Source: Halanaerobiaceae bacterium (GTDB taxonomy: Bacteria; Bacillota; Halanaerobiia; Halanaerobiales; Halarsenatibacteraceae). From it: a stretch of 45,753 nt of DNA. The stretch spans positions 1 to 45,753 of the forward strand of contig PWFW01000247.1 of NCBI GenBank assembly GCA_003554225.1, written 5' to 3'. The notes under the pieces are model-generated. The model was not told the DNA's origin. It saw only the letters and a program-made list of their open reading frames with translations, and ran no database searches. How positions within the stretch are numbered: position 1 is the stretch's first letter; every line of letters begins with the position of its first letter. The translations under genes and the position numbers were made by a program. This document shows positions 27,130 through 37,836 of the stretch, piece after piece.

Positions 27130-27899
27130 CCTTTTACCTCCTTAGTCAAAATCTCTTGGTCATAATAAATCTTCTCCAGGGTTAAACCTTTAGCCGGTGC
27201 GGTAAAACCGGCCTGAGTTCTATCCCGGGAAGCAATAATATCGGGGATATCATCAGGCACAATTTTGCCCTTGCCTGCATTGATCAGGGTTCCTGCCATA
27301 ATTCTCATCATTTTATATAAAAAGCCCGAACCCACTACCTCCAGCCAGATCTCACCGTTTTTCTGCCGGGTGATCCGGGACTGATAAATATGCTTCACAG
27401 TGGTGGCATTGCTGCAGCCCTGAGCCTGAAAGGCAGAAAAATCCTTTTCTCCCTCAAAATAGCTGGCTGCCTGCTGCATGGCCTCCACCTTCAGCTTCTC
27501 ATGATAATGATAGCAAAAATTTCTGGTAAAAACATCAGGATAGGGATTATTATCAATGCGATAAATATATTTCTTGCCGAGAGCATCATGGCGAACATGA
27601 AAATCTTCAGGACACTGCCAGGCCTTAAGACAGACAATATCACCGGGCAGTTCTCCATTAAAGGCCTGGGGAATCCGTTCCAGGGGGATCGGTACCTCAA
27701 GATGAAAATGGGCCATCTGCCCTAGAGCATGTACCCCCGCATCGGTCCGGCTGGCTCCGTAAATCCTGGTGGGCTGCCGGTGAAACTTACTCAGCACTCC
27801 CTCGACCTTCTCCTGAATGGTCTGGGGAGTGTTGGACTGTACCTGCCAGCCGCTGTAATCTGTCCCGTCATAGGAGATCTTCATCCTGATTTTTGCCAT
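27126..27899 (-). CDS. truA: tRNA pseudouridine(38-40) synthase TruA
   Basis: 257 aa. [12 protein letters not shown] and SRTDAGVHA motifs. ATGA overlap with rplM. Confidence 0.95.
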   Translation of the reverse strand: MAKIRMKISYDGTDYSGWQVQSNTPQTIQEKVEGVLSKFHRQPTRIYGASRTDAGVHALGQMAHFHLEVPIPLERIPQAFNGELPGDIVCLKAWQCPEDFHVRHDALGKKYIYRIDNNPYPDVFTRNFCYHYHEKLKVEAMQQAASYFEGEKDFSAFQAQGCSNATTVKHIYQSRITRQKNGEIWLEVVGSGFLYKMMRIMAGTLINAGKGKIVPDDIPDIIASRDRTQAGFTAPAKGLTLEKIYYDQEILTKEVKG

Positions 27900-27919
27900 A
27901 AAAACCCTTTCCCTCCAGC

Positions 27920-28711
27920 TTAAAAGAAACTTATTGCCACCGCCAGCCCGACTGCCAGCAGAAAAAGATAGATATCGCTGGACTTCAATTTCAATTCATG
28001 GAGTCTGGTTCTGTTAGTTCCCCCCCGGTAACAGCGGGATTCCATAGCCAGGGCCAATTCATCAGCCCGGCGAAAGGCGCTGATAAACAGGGGAACTAAG
28101 AGAGGCACCAGGGCTTTAGCCCGCTGAATTATATTGCCGCTTTCAAAATCAGCTCCCCGGGCTTTCTGAGCCTTCATGATTTTCTCGGCCTCCTCCAGCA
28201 GAGTGGGAATAAACCTGAGGGCAATCGTCATCATCATGGCCAGTTCACCGGCCGGCAGTCCAAAACGGGCCAGCGGTTTTAAAAGATACTCAATCCCATC
28301 AGTCAGTTCCAGTGGTGAGGTTGTCAGGGTTAGTATCGAGGTAAACATTATCAACAGCAAAATTCGAGAAACCATAAAAAACCCGGTAAAAACCCCGGCC
28401 TCTTCAATTCGCAAAAATCTCCACTGCCAGATAACCTCCCCACCCCGGGTCAAAAATAGATGGAGAAAGAGTGTGAGAATTACCAGAAAGAATACCGGTT
28501 TCAGTCCCCGCAAAACTCTTTTTATCGGCAGCCTGGCTGTCAGCAGAATAATAATAACCAGCAGCAAAAAAAGCAAAAAACCGATAAAGGTATCTATAAA
28601 AAACAGGATAGTAATCATCAGCAGGGTTACTAAAATTTTAATCCGGGGATCCATCCGGTGAATTATTGAGCTGCCCGGAATATGCTGGCCAATGGTAATA
28701 TCGGTTAACAT
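27920..28711 (-). CDS. ecfT: ECF transporter transmembrane component EcfT
   Basis: 263-aa polytopic protein with the HRMDPRIK N-terminal motif and the ARGAD motif, positioned after the two ecfA genes. Confidence 0.9.
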   Translation of the reverse strand: MLTDITIGQHIPGSSIIHRMDPRIKILVTLLMITILFFIDTFIGFLLFLLLVIIILLTARLPIKRVLRGLKPVFFLVILTLFLHLFLTRGGEVIWQWRFLRIEEAGVFTGFFMVSRILLLIMFTSILTLTTSPLELTDGIEYLLKPLARFGLPAGELAMMMTIALRFIPTLLEEAEKIMKAQKARGADFESGNIIQRAKALVPLLVPLFISAFRRADELALAMESRCYRGGTNRTRLHELKLKSSDIYLFLLAVGLAVAISFF

Positions 28712-29580
28712 GGTCTGCTCTCCCTGAATTGTGACTGTTTTTCCAGAGCTGATAAAATTTCATCCCGGGCCTCTTCCAGAGCAAAAATGTCGGTCCTGAC
28801 CTTAAGCCCCTTCTCCTCAAGTTTCTTTAATATATCTGTTACTACAGGAAGATCCAGATCAATCTCCTTAAGTCTCTCCCTTTCAGTAAAAACCTCTGCT
28901 GGTCGGCCCTGGAGAACAATTTTCCCTCTATCCATAACCAGCACTCTGTCAGCCAGCCGGGCAATCTCCTCCATCCGGTGGGAAATTAATATTACCGTTA
29001 TTTCCAGCTCTCGATGCAGATGGATTAAAAGTTCCAGCAGTTTTCGACGCCCGGCAGGATCCAGGCCGGCCATGGGCTCATCCAGAATTAAAACTTCCGG
29101 CTTGAGAGCCAGCACTCCAGCAATCGCTATCCTGCGCTGCTGCCCTCCGCTCAGATTGAAGGGGGAGCGGTCCTTAAAGCTTTCATAATCCAGGCCTACC
29201 AGCTCCAGAGCTTCCCGGACTCTATTCTCTATCTCCTCTTCAGAGAGACCGGCATTCTTAGGTCCAAAGGCAATATCCCTGGCTACGGTCTCCTCAAAAA
29301 GCTGATGCTCGGGATACTGGAAAACCAGGCCTACCCGGCGGCGGATCTCCTTTAACTCCACTTCCTGAGAGTTGATATCTCTCCCTTCAAAGAAAACCTG
29401 CCCTTCGCTGGGCTTGAGCAGACCGTTCAAGAGCTGAACCAGTGTCGATTTGCCCGAGCCGGTATGCCCGATCAATCCCAGAAATTCACCCCGCTCAATT
29501 TCAAGATTAACACCATCTAAGGCCACCACGGGGTCATCAAGCTGATAGATGTGGCGGATATCTTTCAGCTCAATCAGCAT
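28705..29580 (-). CDS. ecfA2: ECF transporter ATPase EcfA2
   Basis: 291 aa. Walker A GHTGSGKST, ABC signature LSGGQ, Walker B ILDEP. Confidence 0.92.
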   Translation of the reverse strand: MLIELKDIRHIYQLDDPVVALDGVNLEIERGEFLGLIGHTGSGKSTLVQLLNGLLKPSEGQVFFEGRDINSQEVELKEIRRRVGLVFQYPEHQLFEETVARDIAFGPKNAGLSEEEIENRVREALELVGLDYESFKDRSPFNLSGGQQRRIAIAGVLALKPEVLILDEPMAGLDPAGRRKLLELLIHLHRELEITVILISHRMEEIARLADRVLVMDRGKIVLQGRPAEVFTERERLKEIDLDLPVVTDILKKLEEKGLKVRTDIFALEEARDEILSALEKQSQFRESRPC

Positions 29581-30389
29581 AGGGAATCCACCAGCTCATC
29601 GGCTGTCATAACCTCCGGCAGGGAAAGCCCCTGCTGACGCAGCTGATTGGCCAGGGCCACAACTTCGGGAACATCCAGTCCCGCCTCAGCAATCAGTCCG
29701 GTATCACGAAAAATTTCCCGGGGGCTGCCGGTTTTTCTAATCCGGCCTTCCTGCATGATAACTACCCGATCGGCCAGCCCGGCTTCTTCCATAAAATGAG
29801 TGATCAGCACCACAGTAATATTTTCCTCCCGGTTTAACCGACTGATTGTTTCCAGAACTTCCTTTCTCCCCATAGGATCCAGCATGGCAGTTGGTTCATC
29901 CAGCACAATGCAGTCCGGCAGCATAGCCAGAATACCTGCTATAGCAACCCTCTGCTTCTGTCCTCCCGACAGTTTATGCGGGGGATGAGACTGATAACCA
30001 TCCATTCCCACAGTTTTTAAGGCCTGATCCACCCGCTGGCGGATTACCTCTGTGGGTAAAGCCAGATTTTCCGGACCAAAGGCCACATCATCTTCAACCA
30101 GAGTAGCCACCAGCTGGTTGTCAGGATTTTGAAAAACCATGCCAACCTGCTGTCTGATCTGCCAGATATTATCAGGGTCAGAGGTAGTAAGTCCATTAAT
30201 GGTAACCGAGCCCTTATCAGGTACCAGCAGCACATTCATCATCTTGGCCAGGGTTGACTTTCCCGAGCCGTTGGCTCCAATGACTGAAATAAATTCGCCC
30301 TTTTCCACCTTGAGATCTATCCCGGCCAGGGCTTTATCCTGCTGAGCGCGATATGAAAATTCAACCCCCTGCATTTCAATCTGGCTCAT
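29574..30389 (-). CDS. ecfA1: ECF transporter ATPase EcfA1
   Basis: 271 aa. Walker A GANGSGKST, ABC signature LSGGQ, Walker B VLDEP. First gene after rplQ, as in Bacillus. Confidence 0.92.
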   Translation of the reverse strand: MSQIEMQGVEFSYRAQQDKALAGIDLKVEKGEFISVIGANGSGKSTLAKMMNVLLVPDKGSVTINGLTTSDPDNIWQIRQQVGMVFQNPDNQLVATLVEDDVAFGPENLALPTEVIRQRVDQALKTVGMDGYQSHPPHKLSGGQKQRVAIAGILAMLPDCIVLDEPTAMLDPMGRKEVLETISRLNREENITVVLITHFMEEAGLADRVVIMQEGRIRKTGSPREIFRDTGLIAEAGLDVPEVVALANQLRQQGLSLPEVMTADELVDSLC

Positions 30390-30409
30390 CTTTACACCTA
30401 CTTATCTAT

Positions 30410-30751
30410 TTATTCTACCAGCTCTAATAAGGCCCTCTCAGAAGCATCACCCTGTCGGGGATACATTTTTATGATCCGGGTATAGCCTCCCGGCCTGTCA
30501 TAAAAGCGAGGAGCAATCTCATCAAAGAGCTTGATCAAAATCTCACGGTCCTTGATCTGTCTGCCGGCCTTTCTTCTGGCATGGAGATTATTTTTCCTGG
30601 CTGTGGTAATTAATTTTTCCGCCAGGGGCTGCAGCTCCTTGGCTTTGGCCAGGCTGGTTTCAATTCTCTCATGCCGAAAAAAGTCCGTCAGCATGTTGCG
30701 AAACATTGCCTGTCTGTGAGCGCTTTTTCTTCCCAGCTTCCTTTTCGGCAC
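30410..30751 (-). CDS. rplQ: 50S ribosomal protein L17
   Basis: RKLGRKSAHRQAMFRNM signature. I trimmed the start to the GTG at 30751, behind AAGGAGGG plus 7 nt, which removes the apparent overlap with rpoA. Confidence 0.95.
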   Translation of the reverse strand: MPKRKLGRKSAHRQAMFRNMLTDFFRHERIETSLAKAKELQPLAEKLITTARKNNLHARRKAGRQIKDREILIKLFDEIAPRFYDRPGGYTRIIKMYPRQGDASERALLELVE

Positions 30752-30767
30752 CCTTAATCCCTCCTTA

Positions 30768-31712
30768 TTAATCTTCCTCATTTTTCAGTTCCAGGTCCAG
30801 TTCCTCCAGTTTATTTTTAATCTCCTGCAGAGACTTTTTGCCCAGATTGCGAACCTTCATAAGATCATCTTCAGTTTTGGCGATTAATTCCTCTACGGTA
30901 TTGATGCCTGCCCTTTTGAGACAGTTGGAGGAACGGACAGAAAGCTCCAGCTCTTCCACTGTGGTCTCGAGAATTTTATCCTTATCCTCTTCCTCGGTTT
31001 CAACCATAATATCAAGCTCTTCTATTTCATCGGTCAGATCAATAAAAAGCTCCAGGTGTTCCATCATAATCCGGGCTGCCAGTCCAATGGCTTCATCAGG
31101 AGTGAGGCTGCCGTTGGTATCAACTTCCAGGAGCAGACGATCATAATCAGTGACCTGGCCGACTCTGGTATCCTCCACCGAAAAATTTGCCCGTTCAATC
31201 GGGCTAAAGGAAGCATCGATAGGAATAAGTCCGATGACATTGTCAAAGGTATCCTTCAGCTCTTCGGCGGTCACATAGCCCCGTCCCTTTTCCACGGTGA
31301 CCTCCAGGCTCAAGCTTCCTTCTGGAGCCAGAGTGGCTATCCGATGGTCGGTGTTGACAACCTCCATGTTGCCGGAATAGCTAAAATCTCCTGCGGTAAC
31401 TGTTTCGCTATCTGAGACATCCAGAGACATGGTAGCCCTCTCCTCCCCGGAGTATCTGACCACCCCTCCCTTGAGATTTAAGATAATATCGGTTACATCT
31501 TCAACCACCCCGGGAATCGAGGTGAATTCATGTCTTGCATCTTCAATCTTGACCGAGGTTATGGCAGCACCGGGCAAAGAGGATAGCAGAATCCTTCGCA
31601 TGGCATTACCCAGGGTTATTCCATATCCCCTCTCCAGAGGGGTGATCACATATTCACCGTGATTTTTATCAGCTTCAAGTTTTTCTATTTTTGGCTTTTC
31701 AATCTCTATCAT
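30768..31712 (-). CDS. rpoA: DNA-directed RNA polymerase subunit alpha
   Basis: 314 aa. GYGITLGNAMRRILLSS motif and C-terminal domain LELSVRSSNCLK. Confidence 0.98.
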   Translation of the reverse strand: MIEIEKPKIEKLEADKNHGEYVITPLERGYGITLGNAMRRILLSSLPGAAITSVKIEDARHEFTSIPGVVEDVTDIILNLKGGVVRYSGEERATMSLDVSDSETVTAGDFSYSGNMEVVNTDHRIATLAPEGSLSLEVTVEKGRGYVTAEELKDTFDNVIGLIPIDASFSPIERANFSVEDTRVGQVTDYDRLLLEVDTNGSLTPDEAIGLAARIMMEHLELFIDLTDEIEELDIMVETEEEDKDKILETTVEELELSVRSSNCLKRAGINTVEELIAKTEDDLMKVRNLGKKSLQEIKNKLEELDLELKNEED

Positions 31713-31766
31713 GAAGAGTTAAAACCCTCCTCTCTAATGACTTCCAACCTGTAATTAAAATTCAGC

Positions 31767-32393
31767 TTAGAGGGAATAGTACTCAACGATAAGCTGCTCA
31801 TTAATGGGCTGATCTATGTCATCCCTTTCCGGCAGACTGACCACGGTTCCTTCAGCTTTTTCCATATTGACACTCAACCATTCCGGTGGTGTCTGCTCGG
31901 CATTTATCTCCAGCACATCCTTGATAAAGTTTTTCTTGCGGCTGGCATCCTTAACACTGATGGTATCTCCCTCTGAAACCTGATAGGAGGGCACATTAAC
32001 CTTGCGGCCATCGACAAGAATATGTCCGTGGAGGACAAATTGCCGGGCCTGAGCTCTGGATGTAGCAAAGCCCATCCGAAAAACAGTATTATCCAGCCTT
32101 GATTCCAGCAGTTTGAGGAAGTTTTCGCCGGTTACACCCCGTTGCCGGGCCGCCTTGGAGAAATAATTCCGGAATTGATTTTCCATAATTCCATACATCC
32201 GACGCACCTTCTGCTTCTCCCTTAACTGCTGTCCGTATTCCGACTGCTTTCTTCTGCTCTCTCCCTGTTCCCCGGGAGCATAGGGTCTTCTTTCAAAGGC
32301 ACATTTATCGGTATAGCAGCGCTCGCCCTTTAGATAGAGCTTGGCTCCTTCCCTTCTGCAAAGTTTACATTTCGGTCCTGTATATTTTGCCAT
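31767..32393 (-). CDS. rpsD: 30S ribosomal protein S4
   Basis: 208 aa. [17 protein letters not shown]-terminus (Cys-containing form). Confidence 0.97.
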   Translation of the reverse strand: MAKYTGPKCKLCRREGAKLYLKGERCYTDKCAFERRPYAPGEQGESRRKQSEYGQQLREKQKVRRMYGIMENQFRNYFSKAARQRGVTGENFLKLLESRLDNTVFRMGFATSRAQARQFVLHGHILVDGRKVNVPSYQVSEGDTISVKDASRKKNFIKDVLEINAEQTPPEWLSVNMEKAEGTVVSLPERDDIDQPINEQLIVEYYSL

Positions 32394-32424
32394 TTTTCTT
32401 CTTTTACACCTCCTGAATATTCAT

Positions 32425-32823
32425 TTAAACCCGCCGGCGTTTGGGCGGACGGCATCCATTATGAGGAATGGGAGTAATATCTTTTATTAAAGTTACTTCC
32501 AATCCGGCTGACTGCAGGGATCTTATAGCTGATTCCCGTCCCGAACCTGGACCCTTAACGAAGATCTCCACTTCCTTCAGGCCCATCTCCTTAGCTTCAT
32601 CGGCTGCGTTTTCTGCAGCGATCTGAGCGGCAAAGGGAGTGCTCTTGCGGGAGCCTTTGTAGCCTGCCTTGCCGGCACTGGACCAGGCTATGACATTACC
32701 TTCACTGTCGGTTATGGTGATAATTGTATTGTTAAAGGTGGAGCGGATATATACCTGACCCTTCTCCACAAACTTTTTGCTCTTCTTTCTTCTTCTGCCA
32801 TCTTTCTTTCTTCTTTTGGCCAT
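32425..32823 (-). CDS. rpsK: 30S ribosomal protein S11
   Basis: 132 aa. [12 protein letters not shown] and [11 protein letters not shown] motifs. Confidence 0.97.
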   Translation of the reverse strand: MAKRRKKDGRRRKKSKKFVEKGQVYIRSTFNNTIITITDSEGNVIAWSSAGKAGYKGSRKSTPFAAQIAAENAADEAKEMGLKEVEIFVKGPGSGRESAIRSLQSAGLEVTLIKDITPIPHNGCRPPKRRRV

Positions 32824-32864
32824 CTAATTCTTCCCTCCCTGTTTGGGTGATTATCTGGTTTTTC

Positions 32865-33251
32865 TTATTTTTTTGGCGGGGTCTTGCTGCCCCGGGATTT
32901 TCCTACAGTCTTTTTGGGTCCTTTTCTGGTCCGGGCATTGGTCCTGGTCCGCTGCCCTCTGACAGGCAGACCTCTTCTATGACGCAGTCCCCGGTAGGAA
33001 CCGATATCCTTAAGCCGCTTGATATCAGCCCTGACCTCCCGGCGGAGCTCTCCTTCCACCTGATATTCATCTATCTCACTGCGCAGACTGGTTATTTCAG
33101 CCTCGGTCAGGTCCTTAACTCTGGTATCGGGATTCACTCCGGCATTATCCAGAATTTCATTGGAACGGGATCTCCCAATTCCAAATATATAGGTCAGGCC
33201 GATCTCAACTCGCTTATTTTTGGGTAAATCTACCCCTGCTATTCTAGCCAT
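32865..33251 (-). CDS. rpsM: 30S ribosomal protein S13
   Basis: 128 aa. [11 protein letters not shown]-terminus and [15 protein letters not shown] motif. Confidence 0.97.
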   Translation of the reverse strand: MARIAGVDLPKNKRVEIGLTYIFGIGRSRSNEILDNAGVNPDTRVKDLTEAEITSLRSEIDEYQVEGELRREVRADIKRLKDIGSYRGLRHRRGLPVRGQRTRTNARTRKGPKKTVGKSRGSKTPPKK

Positions 33252-33271
33252 AATTTCACCTCCATAATCAT

Positions 33272-33397
<126 letters not shown>

Positions 33398-33420
33398 TTA
33401 CAAAAAATATTAATAGTCAG

Positions 33421-33642
33421 TTAAGCTTTATGGCGGTAGGTTATCCTGCCCCGGGAAAGATCATAGGGCGACAGCTCGACTGTCACCTTATCCCCGGGAA
33501 GTATTCTAATATAATTCATCCTCATTTTACCGGAAACATGAGCCAGAACCTTATGTCCATTATCCAGCTCAACCCTGAACATTGCATTGGGCAGAGGCTC
33601 CACTACAGTGCCCTGTACTTCAATTGGATCTTCTTTTGACAT
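33421..33642 (-). CDS. infA: Translation initiation factor IF-1
   Basis: 73 aa. [20 protein letters not shown]...[14 protein letters not shown] signature. Confidence 0.97.
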   Translation of the reverse strand: MSKEDPIEVQGTVVEPLPNAMFRVELDNGHKVLAHVSGKMRMNYIRILPGDKVTVELSPYDLSRGRITYRHKA

Positions 33643-33692
33643 TAAAATAAATCCTCCCCTTCGCTCCAGGCTCGATTTTAAGCCTGCCTAAT

Positions 33693-33701
33693 ATTATACC
33701 A
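33693..33701 (-). promoter_or_regulatory. Putative internal extended -10 promoter ahead of infA
   Basis: The - strand reads TGTGGTATAAT (TRTG-n-TATAAT). The -35 is poor. A CAGGCT/AGCCTG hairpin (33667-33686) follows in the leader. Confidence 0.4.
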
Positions 33702-33724
33702 CAGAAAATAAGATAGCAAAAGAA

Positions 33725-34480
33725 TTAATCGGTCAGCCTGCTCATAATAAACGGTCCCTCTCCGGTGATAGCAATTGAATCCTCCCAGTGAGCCGAAAGA
33801 CTTCCATCCACCGTAACTACAGTCCAGCCGTCATCTCTGGTCTTAACAGCAAAATCTCCGGCATTAATCATCGGTTCAATGGCAAAGGTCATACCTTCCT
33901 TCAATCTGGGCCCTCTACCGGGTGGTCCAAAGTTTGGTATCTGGGGATCCTCGTGCATGTCACGGCCTATTCCATGTCCTACATACTGTTTAACCACTGA
34001 ATAATTCCGTTCTTCAGCATAGATCTGAATGGCATGAGATATATCGGAAAGCCGGTTGCCGACGACAGCCTCTTTGATGCCTTTATCCAGAGCTTCCCTG
34101 GTCGTTGCAATCAGAGCTTCAGCCTCGGGACTGATCTTTCCAACTCCCACAGTTCGAGCAGCATCCCCGTGAAATCCCTGATAATAGACACCAATATCAA
34201 TGCTGAGAATATCACCCTCCTGCAAAATTCTGGAGGAACTGGGAATCCCGTGAACAACTTCCTCATTGAGCGAAAGACAGACCGAGGCCGGGTAACCGCG
34301 GTAGCCCTTAAAAGAAGGCTCTCCCCCCTGTTTCTTAATAAACTCTTCCGCTAGAGTATCCAGTTCTGCTGTGGAAATTCCCGGAGCAATTTCATCAGCC
34401 AGCAGAGCATGGGTCTGAGCTACAATCTGATTGGCAGCTTTCATTCTGGCTATTTCCCGATCAGATTTTCTAATTATCAT
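33725..34480 (-). CDS. map: Type I methionine aminopeptidase
   Basis: MIIRKSDREIARMK N-terminus matches Bacillus Map. I trimmed the start to the ATG at 34480, behind GAGGA plus 8 nt. Metal ligands lie in the HGDAA and HGIG contexts. Confidence 0.95.
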   Translation of the reverse strand: MIIRKSDREIARMKAANQIVAQTHALLADEIAPGISTAELDTLAEEFIKKQGGEPSFKGYRGYPASVCLSLNEEVVHGIPSSSRILQEGDILSIDIGVYYQGFHGDAARTVGVGKISPEAEALIATTREALDKGIKEAVVGNRLSDISHAIQIYAEERNYSVVKQYVGHGIGRDMHEDPQIPNFGPPGRGPRLKEGMTFAIEPMINAGDFAVKTRDDGWTVVTVDGSLSAHWEDSIAITGEGPFIMSRLTD

Positions 34481-35129
34481 CCGGGCCATCCTCAATTAAC
34501 CGGATTATCTGCTGATGGATAGCTGCAATTTCTCCCCGGGCATCGATCTCTGTGAGAATACCCTTACTGCTGTAAAAGTCAACCATCCTGTCTGTCTTCT
34601 TCCGATTAACCTCCAGCCGTTTCTTGACGGTCTCAGGTTTATCATCCTCTCTCTGCTCCAGGCTGCCGCCGCATTCATCACAGACACCCTCAACTTCGGG
34701 AGGATCAAATTTTACATGGTAGGTGGCCCCGCAGCTCTGACAGACCCTCCGGCCGGTCAGCCGCTCAATCAGTTCTGCTTCAGGAGCAGCAATCAGCAGA
34801 GCCAGATCCAGTTCCCGGTCCAGCTCCTCAAGGACTTGATCCAGAGCTTCAGCCTGGGCTATGGTCCGGGGAAAACCGTCAAGTATAAAACCCCGCCGGC
34901 AGTCCTCCTGGGCCAGCCTTTCCCGGACTATGCCGATGGTAACCTGATCCGGCACCAGTTCCCCGGCATCCATGTATTCTTTAGCTTTTTTTCCCAGCTC
35001 GGTCTCCTCTTTAACTGCTTCCCGGAACATATCTCCGGTTGAAATATGGGGTATATCGTACTTCTCTGCCAGAAGAGCAGCCTGAGTACCCTTACCTGCT
35101 CCCGGCAGACCTAAAAAGACCAGATTCAT
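34470..35129 (-). CDS. adk: Adenylate kinase (Zn-lid form)
   Basis: 219 aa. GLPGAGKGTQA P-loop and a CQSCG...CDECG lid. Confidence 0.97.
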   Translation of the reverse strand: MNLVFLGLPGAGKGTQAALLAEKYDIPHISTGDMFREAVKEETELGKKAKEYMDAGELVPDQVTIGIVRERLAQEDCRRGFILDGFPRTIAQAEALDQVLEELDRELDLALLIAAPEAELIERLTGRRVCQSCGATYHVKFDPPEVEGVCDECGGSLEQREDDKPETVKKRLEVNRKKTDRMVDFYSSKGILTEIDARGEIAAIHQQIIRLIEDGPDDN

Positions 35130-35156
35130 TGGATATCCTCCTTGTCTGCTTCAGAG

Positions 35157-36431
35157 CTATTCCATAAAGCCCTCGTAGTGCCGCATCAAGAGATGGGATT
35201 CTATCTGCTGCATTGTCTGGAGTGCCACACCGATCATAATCAGAAGGGAAGTGCCGCCCCAGTGAATCTCCACACCGGTCAGAGGCCCCATGGCAAAGGG
35301 CAGTAAAGCTACTGCTGAAAGAAATAGTGCACCTACCAGGGTGACCCGGACCAGAATTTTATCGAGATACTTAACTGTGGCCTGACCCGGCCTGATGCCG
35401 GGGATAAAGCCGCCGTATTTTTTCATGTTATCCGCCACTTCTTCCGGATTGAAGGTTATCGCAGTATAGAAGTAGGTGAAGAAGAAGGTCAGCACGCCGT
35501 AGAGAACTATATAGAGATTGGAGCCGGGTCTGATCAGATCTGCCATCCCCTGAGCCCAGTCAAAGGGAATCACCTGGGCAACCACTCCGGGAAAGAGCAG
35601 AACTGAAGAGGCGAATATTACCGGCATAACACCGGCCTGATTGACCTTCATCGGAATATGAGTGCTCTTTCCACCGTAGACCTTGCGGCCGACAATTCTC
35701 TTGGAATACTGGACCGGAATCCTTCTTTCCCCCTCCTGGACATAGACAATACCAGCGGTAATAATCACAGCAAGAATAGCAAATAAAATCAGATTAAAGA
35801 CTGTTAAGGCGCCGGCCTGAAAGAGAGTCCAGGTTTCAATAATTTCATAGGGAAAGCGGGCAATTATTGAAGTAAAAATCAATATAGAAATGCCATTGCC
35901 TATTCCATATTCATTTATCTGCTCACCGAGCCACATCAATACTGTAGTTCCGGCGGTTAAACTGACAACGATAACAATAATATCAAAGGCATTGGGATCG
36001 GTAACCGCGCCGAACTGCAGAATGTACATGGTAATACCAACACTCTGAATTAGAGCCAGTGCTACGGTTAGATATCTGGTGTACTGGGCAATCTTCTTTC
36101 GGCCTTCCCGGCCCTGACGCTGCAGTTCTTCCAGACGGGGACTGACCACTGTCAGAAGCTGCAGGATAATTGAAGCGGTAATATAGGGTGTTATACTGAG
36201 GGCAAAGACAGAAAAGTTGCTCAAGGCCCCACCGGCAAACATATCAAGAAAATCAAAAACACCACCGGCCTCCCCGGCTCCGGCAAATAAAAATTCCTGA
36301 ATAGCAGCCACATTGACTCCGGGAACCGGAATATGGGCACCTATCCGGTAAACAACCATGATTGCCAGCACAAATAAAACTCTATTCCTTAATTCTTCAA
36401 CTTTAAAGACATTGCCTAAAGCCTTAATCAA
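35157..36431 (-). CDS. secY: Preprotein translocase subunit SecY
   Basis: 424-aa polytopic protein in the conserved position between rplO and adk. Confidence 0.97.
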   Translation of the reverse strand: MIKALGNVFKVEELRNRVLFVLAIMVVYRIGAHIPVPGVNVAAIQEFLFAGAGEAGGVFDFLDMFAGGALSNFSVFALSITPYITASIILQLLTVVSPRLEELQRQGREGRKKIAQYTRYLTVALALIQSVGITMYILQFGAVTDPNAFDIIVIVVSLTAGTTVLMWLGEQINEYGIGNGISILIFTSIIARFPYEIIETWTLFQAGALTVFNLILFAILAVIITAGIVYVQEGERRIPVQYSKRIVGRKVYGGKSTHIPMKVNQAGVMPVIFASSVLLFPGVVAQVIPFDWAQGMADLIRPGSNLYIVLYGVLTFFFTYFYTAITFNPEEVADNMKKYGGFIPGIRPGQATVKYLDKILVRVTLVGALFLSAVALLPFAMGPLTGVEIHWGGTSLLIMIGVALQTMQQIESHLLMRHYEGFME

Positions 36432-36432
36432 A

Positions 36433-36879
36433 TTAAATCACCTCGGCCTTCCCGCCAGCATCAGCAATTTTTTCCCGGGCAGACTTGCTGAAGGCCTGAG
36501 CCTTAACAGTCAGCTTTTTCTCCAGCTCGCCATCACCCAGAATTTTTACCCCGGCAGAAGCAGGTCTGGAAATGAGACCCTCTTCCTGGAGAAGTTCCGG
36601 GGCGATGATTGTATCATCGGAAAAATTATTAAGCTGCTTAAGATTAATGATATTGAAATTCTTTTTATTAGGATTATTAAAGCCCCTTTTTGGCAGTCTC
36701 CGGAAAAGTGGGGTCTGTCCCCCTTCAAAGGTAGGTCTTACCTTTCCTCCCGAACGGGAGTTCTGCCCGTTAGCTCCCCTGCCGCAGGTATATCCCCGGC
36801 CGGAACCGATTCCCCGGCCAACTCGCTGCTTTTTCTTTTTAGAATTGGGAGCGGGCTGCAGATCATGAAGTTTCATCAA
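36433..36879 (-). CDS. rplO: 50S ribosomal protein L15
   Basis: 148 aa. [22 protein letters not shown] signature. Confidence 0.97.
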   Translation of the reverse strand: MMKLHDLQPAPNSKKKKQRVGRGIGSGRGYTCGRGANGQNSRSGGKVRPTFEGGQTPLFRRLPKRGFNNPNKKNFNIINLKQLNNFSDDTIIAPELLQEEGLISRPASAGVKILGDGELEKKLTVKAQAFSKSAREKIADAGGKAEVI

Positions 36880-36903
36880 CTTGCACCTCCTCAGGATACT
36901 TTT

Positions 36904-37407
36904 TTATCTTTCTATCTCTTCTACGGACTTACCCCGCAGAGCTGCTACCTGTTCAATATTCTTCAGCCTGGTCAGACCGTTGGTAGTGGCTTTAACCATA
37001 TTTATCGGGTTGGAACTGCCAAGTGATTTGGTCAAAATATCTTTTATTCCGGCAAGCTCAACCACCGCCCGCACCGGTCCCCCGGCAATAACTCCAGTAC
37101 CGGGAGCAGCTGGGTTGAGCAGCACTCTACCGGCACCATATTCCCCGGTTATTTCGTGAGGGATGGTATTTTCAACCATCGGCACCTTGATCAAATTCTT
37201 TTTGGCATCATCTATTCCCTTTCTGATGGCCTCCGGTACCTCATTAGCCTTACCGTATCCTACTCCAACATAACCGCTGTCATCGCCCACGGCTACCAGA
37301 GCGGTAAAACTGAAGCGCCGGCCACCCTTAACTACCTTGGAAACCCTGTTAATATCAACAACTCTTTCTTCAAGATCCAGTTTGCTGGGATCGACTTTGG
37401 TATTCAT
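36904..37407 (-). CDS. rpsE: 30S ribosomal protein S5
   Basis: 167 aa. [19 protein letters not shown] signature. Confidence 0.97.
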   Translation of the reverse strand: MNTKVDPSKLDLEERVVDINRVSKVVKGGRRFSFTALVAVGDDSGYVGVGYGKANEVPEAIRKGIDDAKKNLIKVPMVENTIPHEITGEYGAGRVLLNPAAPGTGVIAGGPVRAVVELAGIKDILTKSLGSSNPINMVKATTNGLTRLKNIEQVAALRGKSVEEIER

Positions 37408-37425
37408 AAATTCGCCTCCTTTACC

Positions 37426-37791
37426 TTAAAAGTTTAAACCTGCTTCCCGCGCTGCTTCCGCGAGAGCTCTGACCCGTCCATGATACTTATATCCGGCCCG
37501 ATCAAAAACAACCTCATCAATTCCCTTCTCCTTGGCTCTCTCTGCTATCAGCTTTCCTACCTCAGCAGCAGCCTCTTTATTGCCGCCATTAGATATTTCC
37601 TCCCGGATGGCAGGGTCCAGCGTGGAGGCAGAAGTCAGGGTTGTTTCCCGCAAATCATCTATCAGCTGTACGTAAATATTTTTCAGGCTGCGGTGGACAC
37701 ACATTCTGGGCCGGGACGGGGTGCCGCTAATTTTATTGCGAATTCTCTGATGTCTGCGTTTTCTGGCAGATACTTTATCTAACTTGCTCAT
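37426..37791 (-). CDS. rplR: 50S ribosomal protein L18
   Basis: 121 aa. RKRRHQRIR...[14 protein letters not shown] signature. Confidence 0.97.
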   Translation of the reverse strand: MSKLDKVSARKRRHQRIRNKISGTPSRPRMCVHRSLKNIYVQLIDDLRETTLTSASTLDPAIREEISNGGNKEAAAEVGKLIAERAKEKGIDEVVFDRAGYKYHGRVRALAEAAREAGLNF

Positions 37792-37836
37792 GCCAACTTC
37801 ACTCCCTTCATACAGATACAGTATATATCGGCTAAT

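Noticed and set aside
36358-37026. 222-aa + strand ORF. Similar long + strand ORFs occur at 9242-9856, 13749-14288, 34515-35042, 23149-23661 and 28176-28661.
   Set aside because: All are antisense shadows of well-supported - strand genes, and this one spans secY, rplO and rpsE. They have low-complexity Ser/Leu/Pro-rich translations, no RBS and no recognisable motifs.
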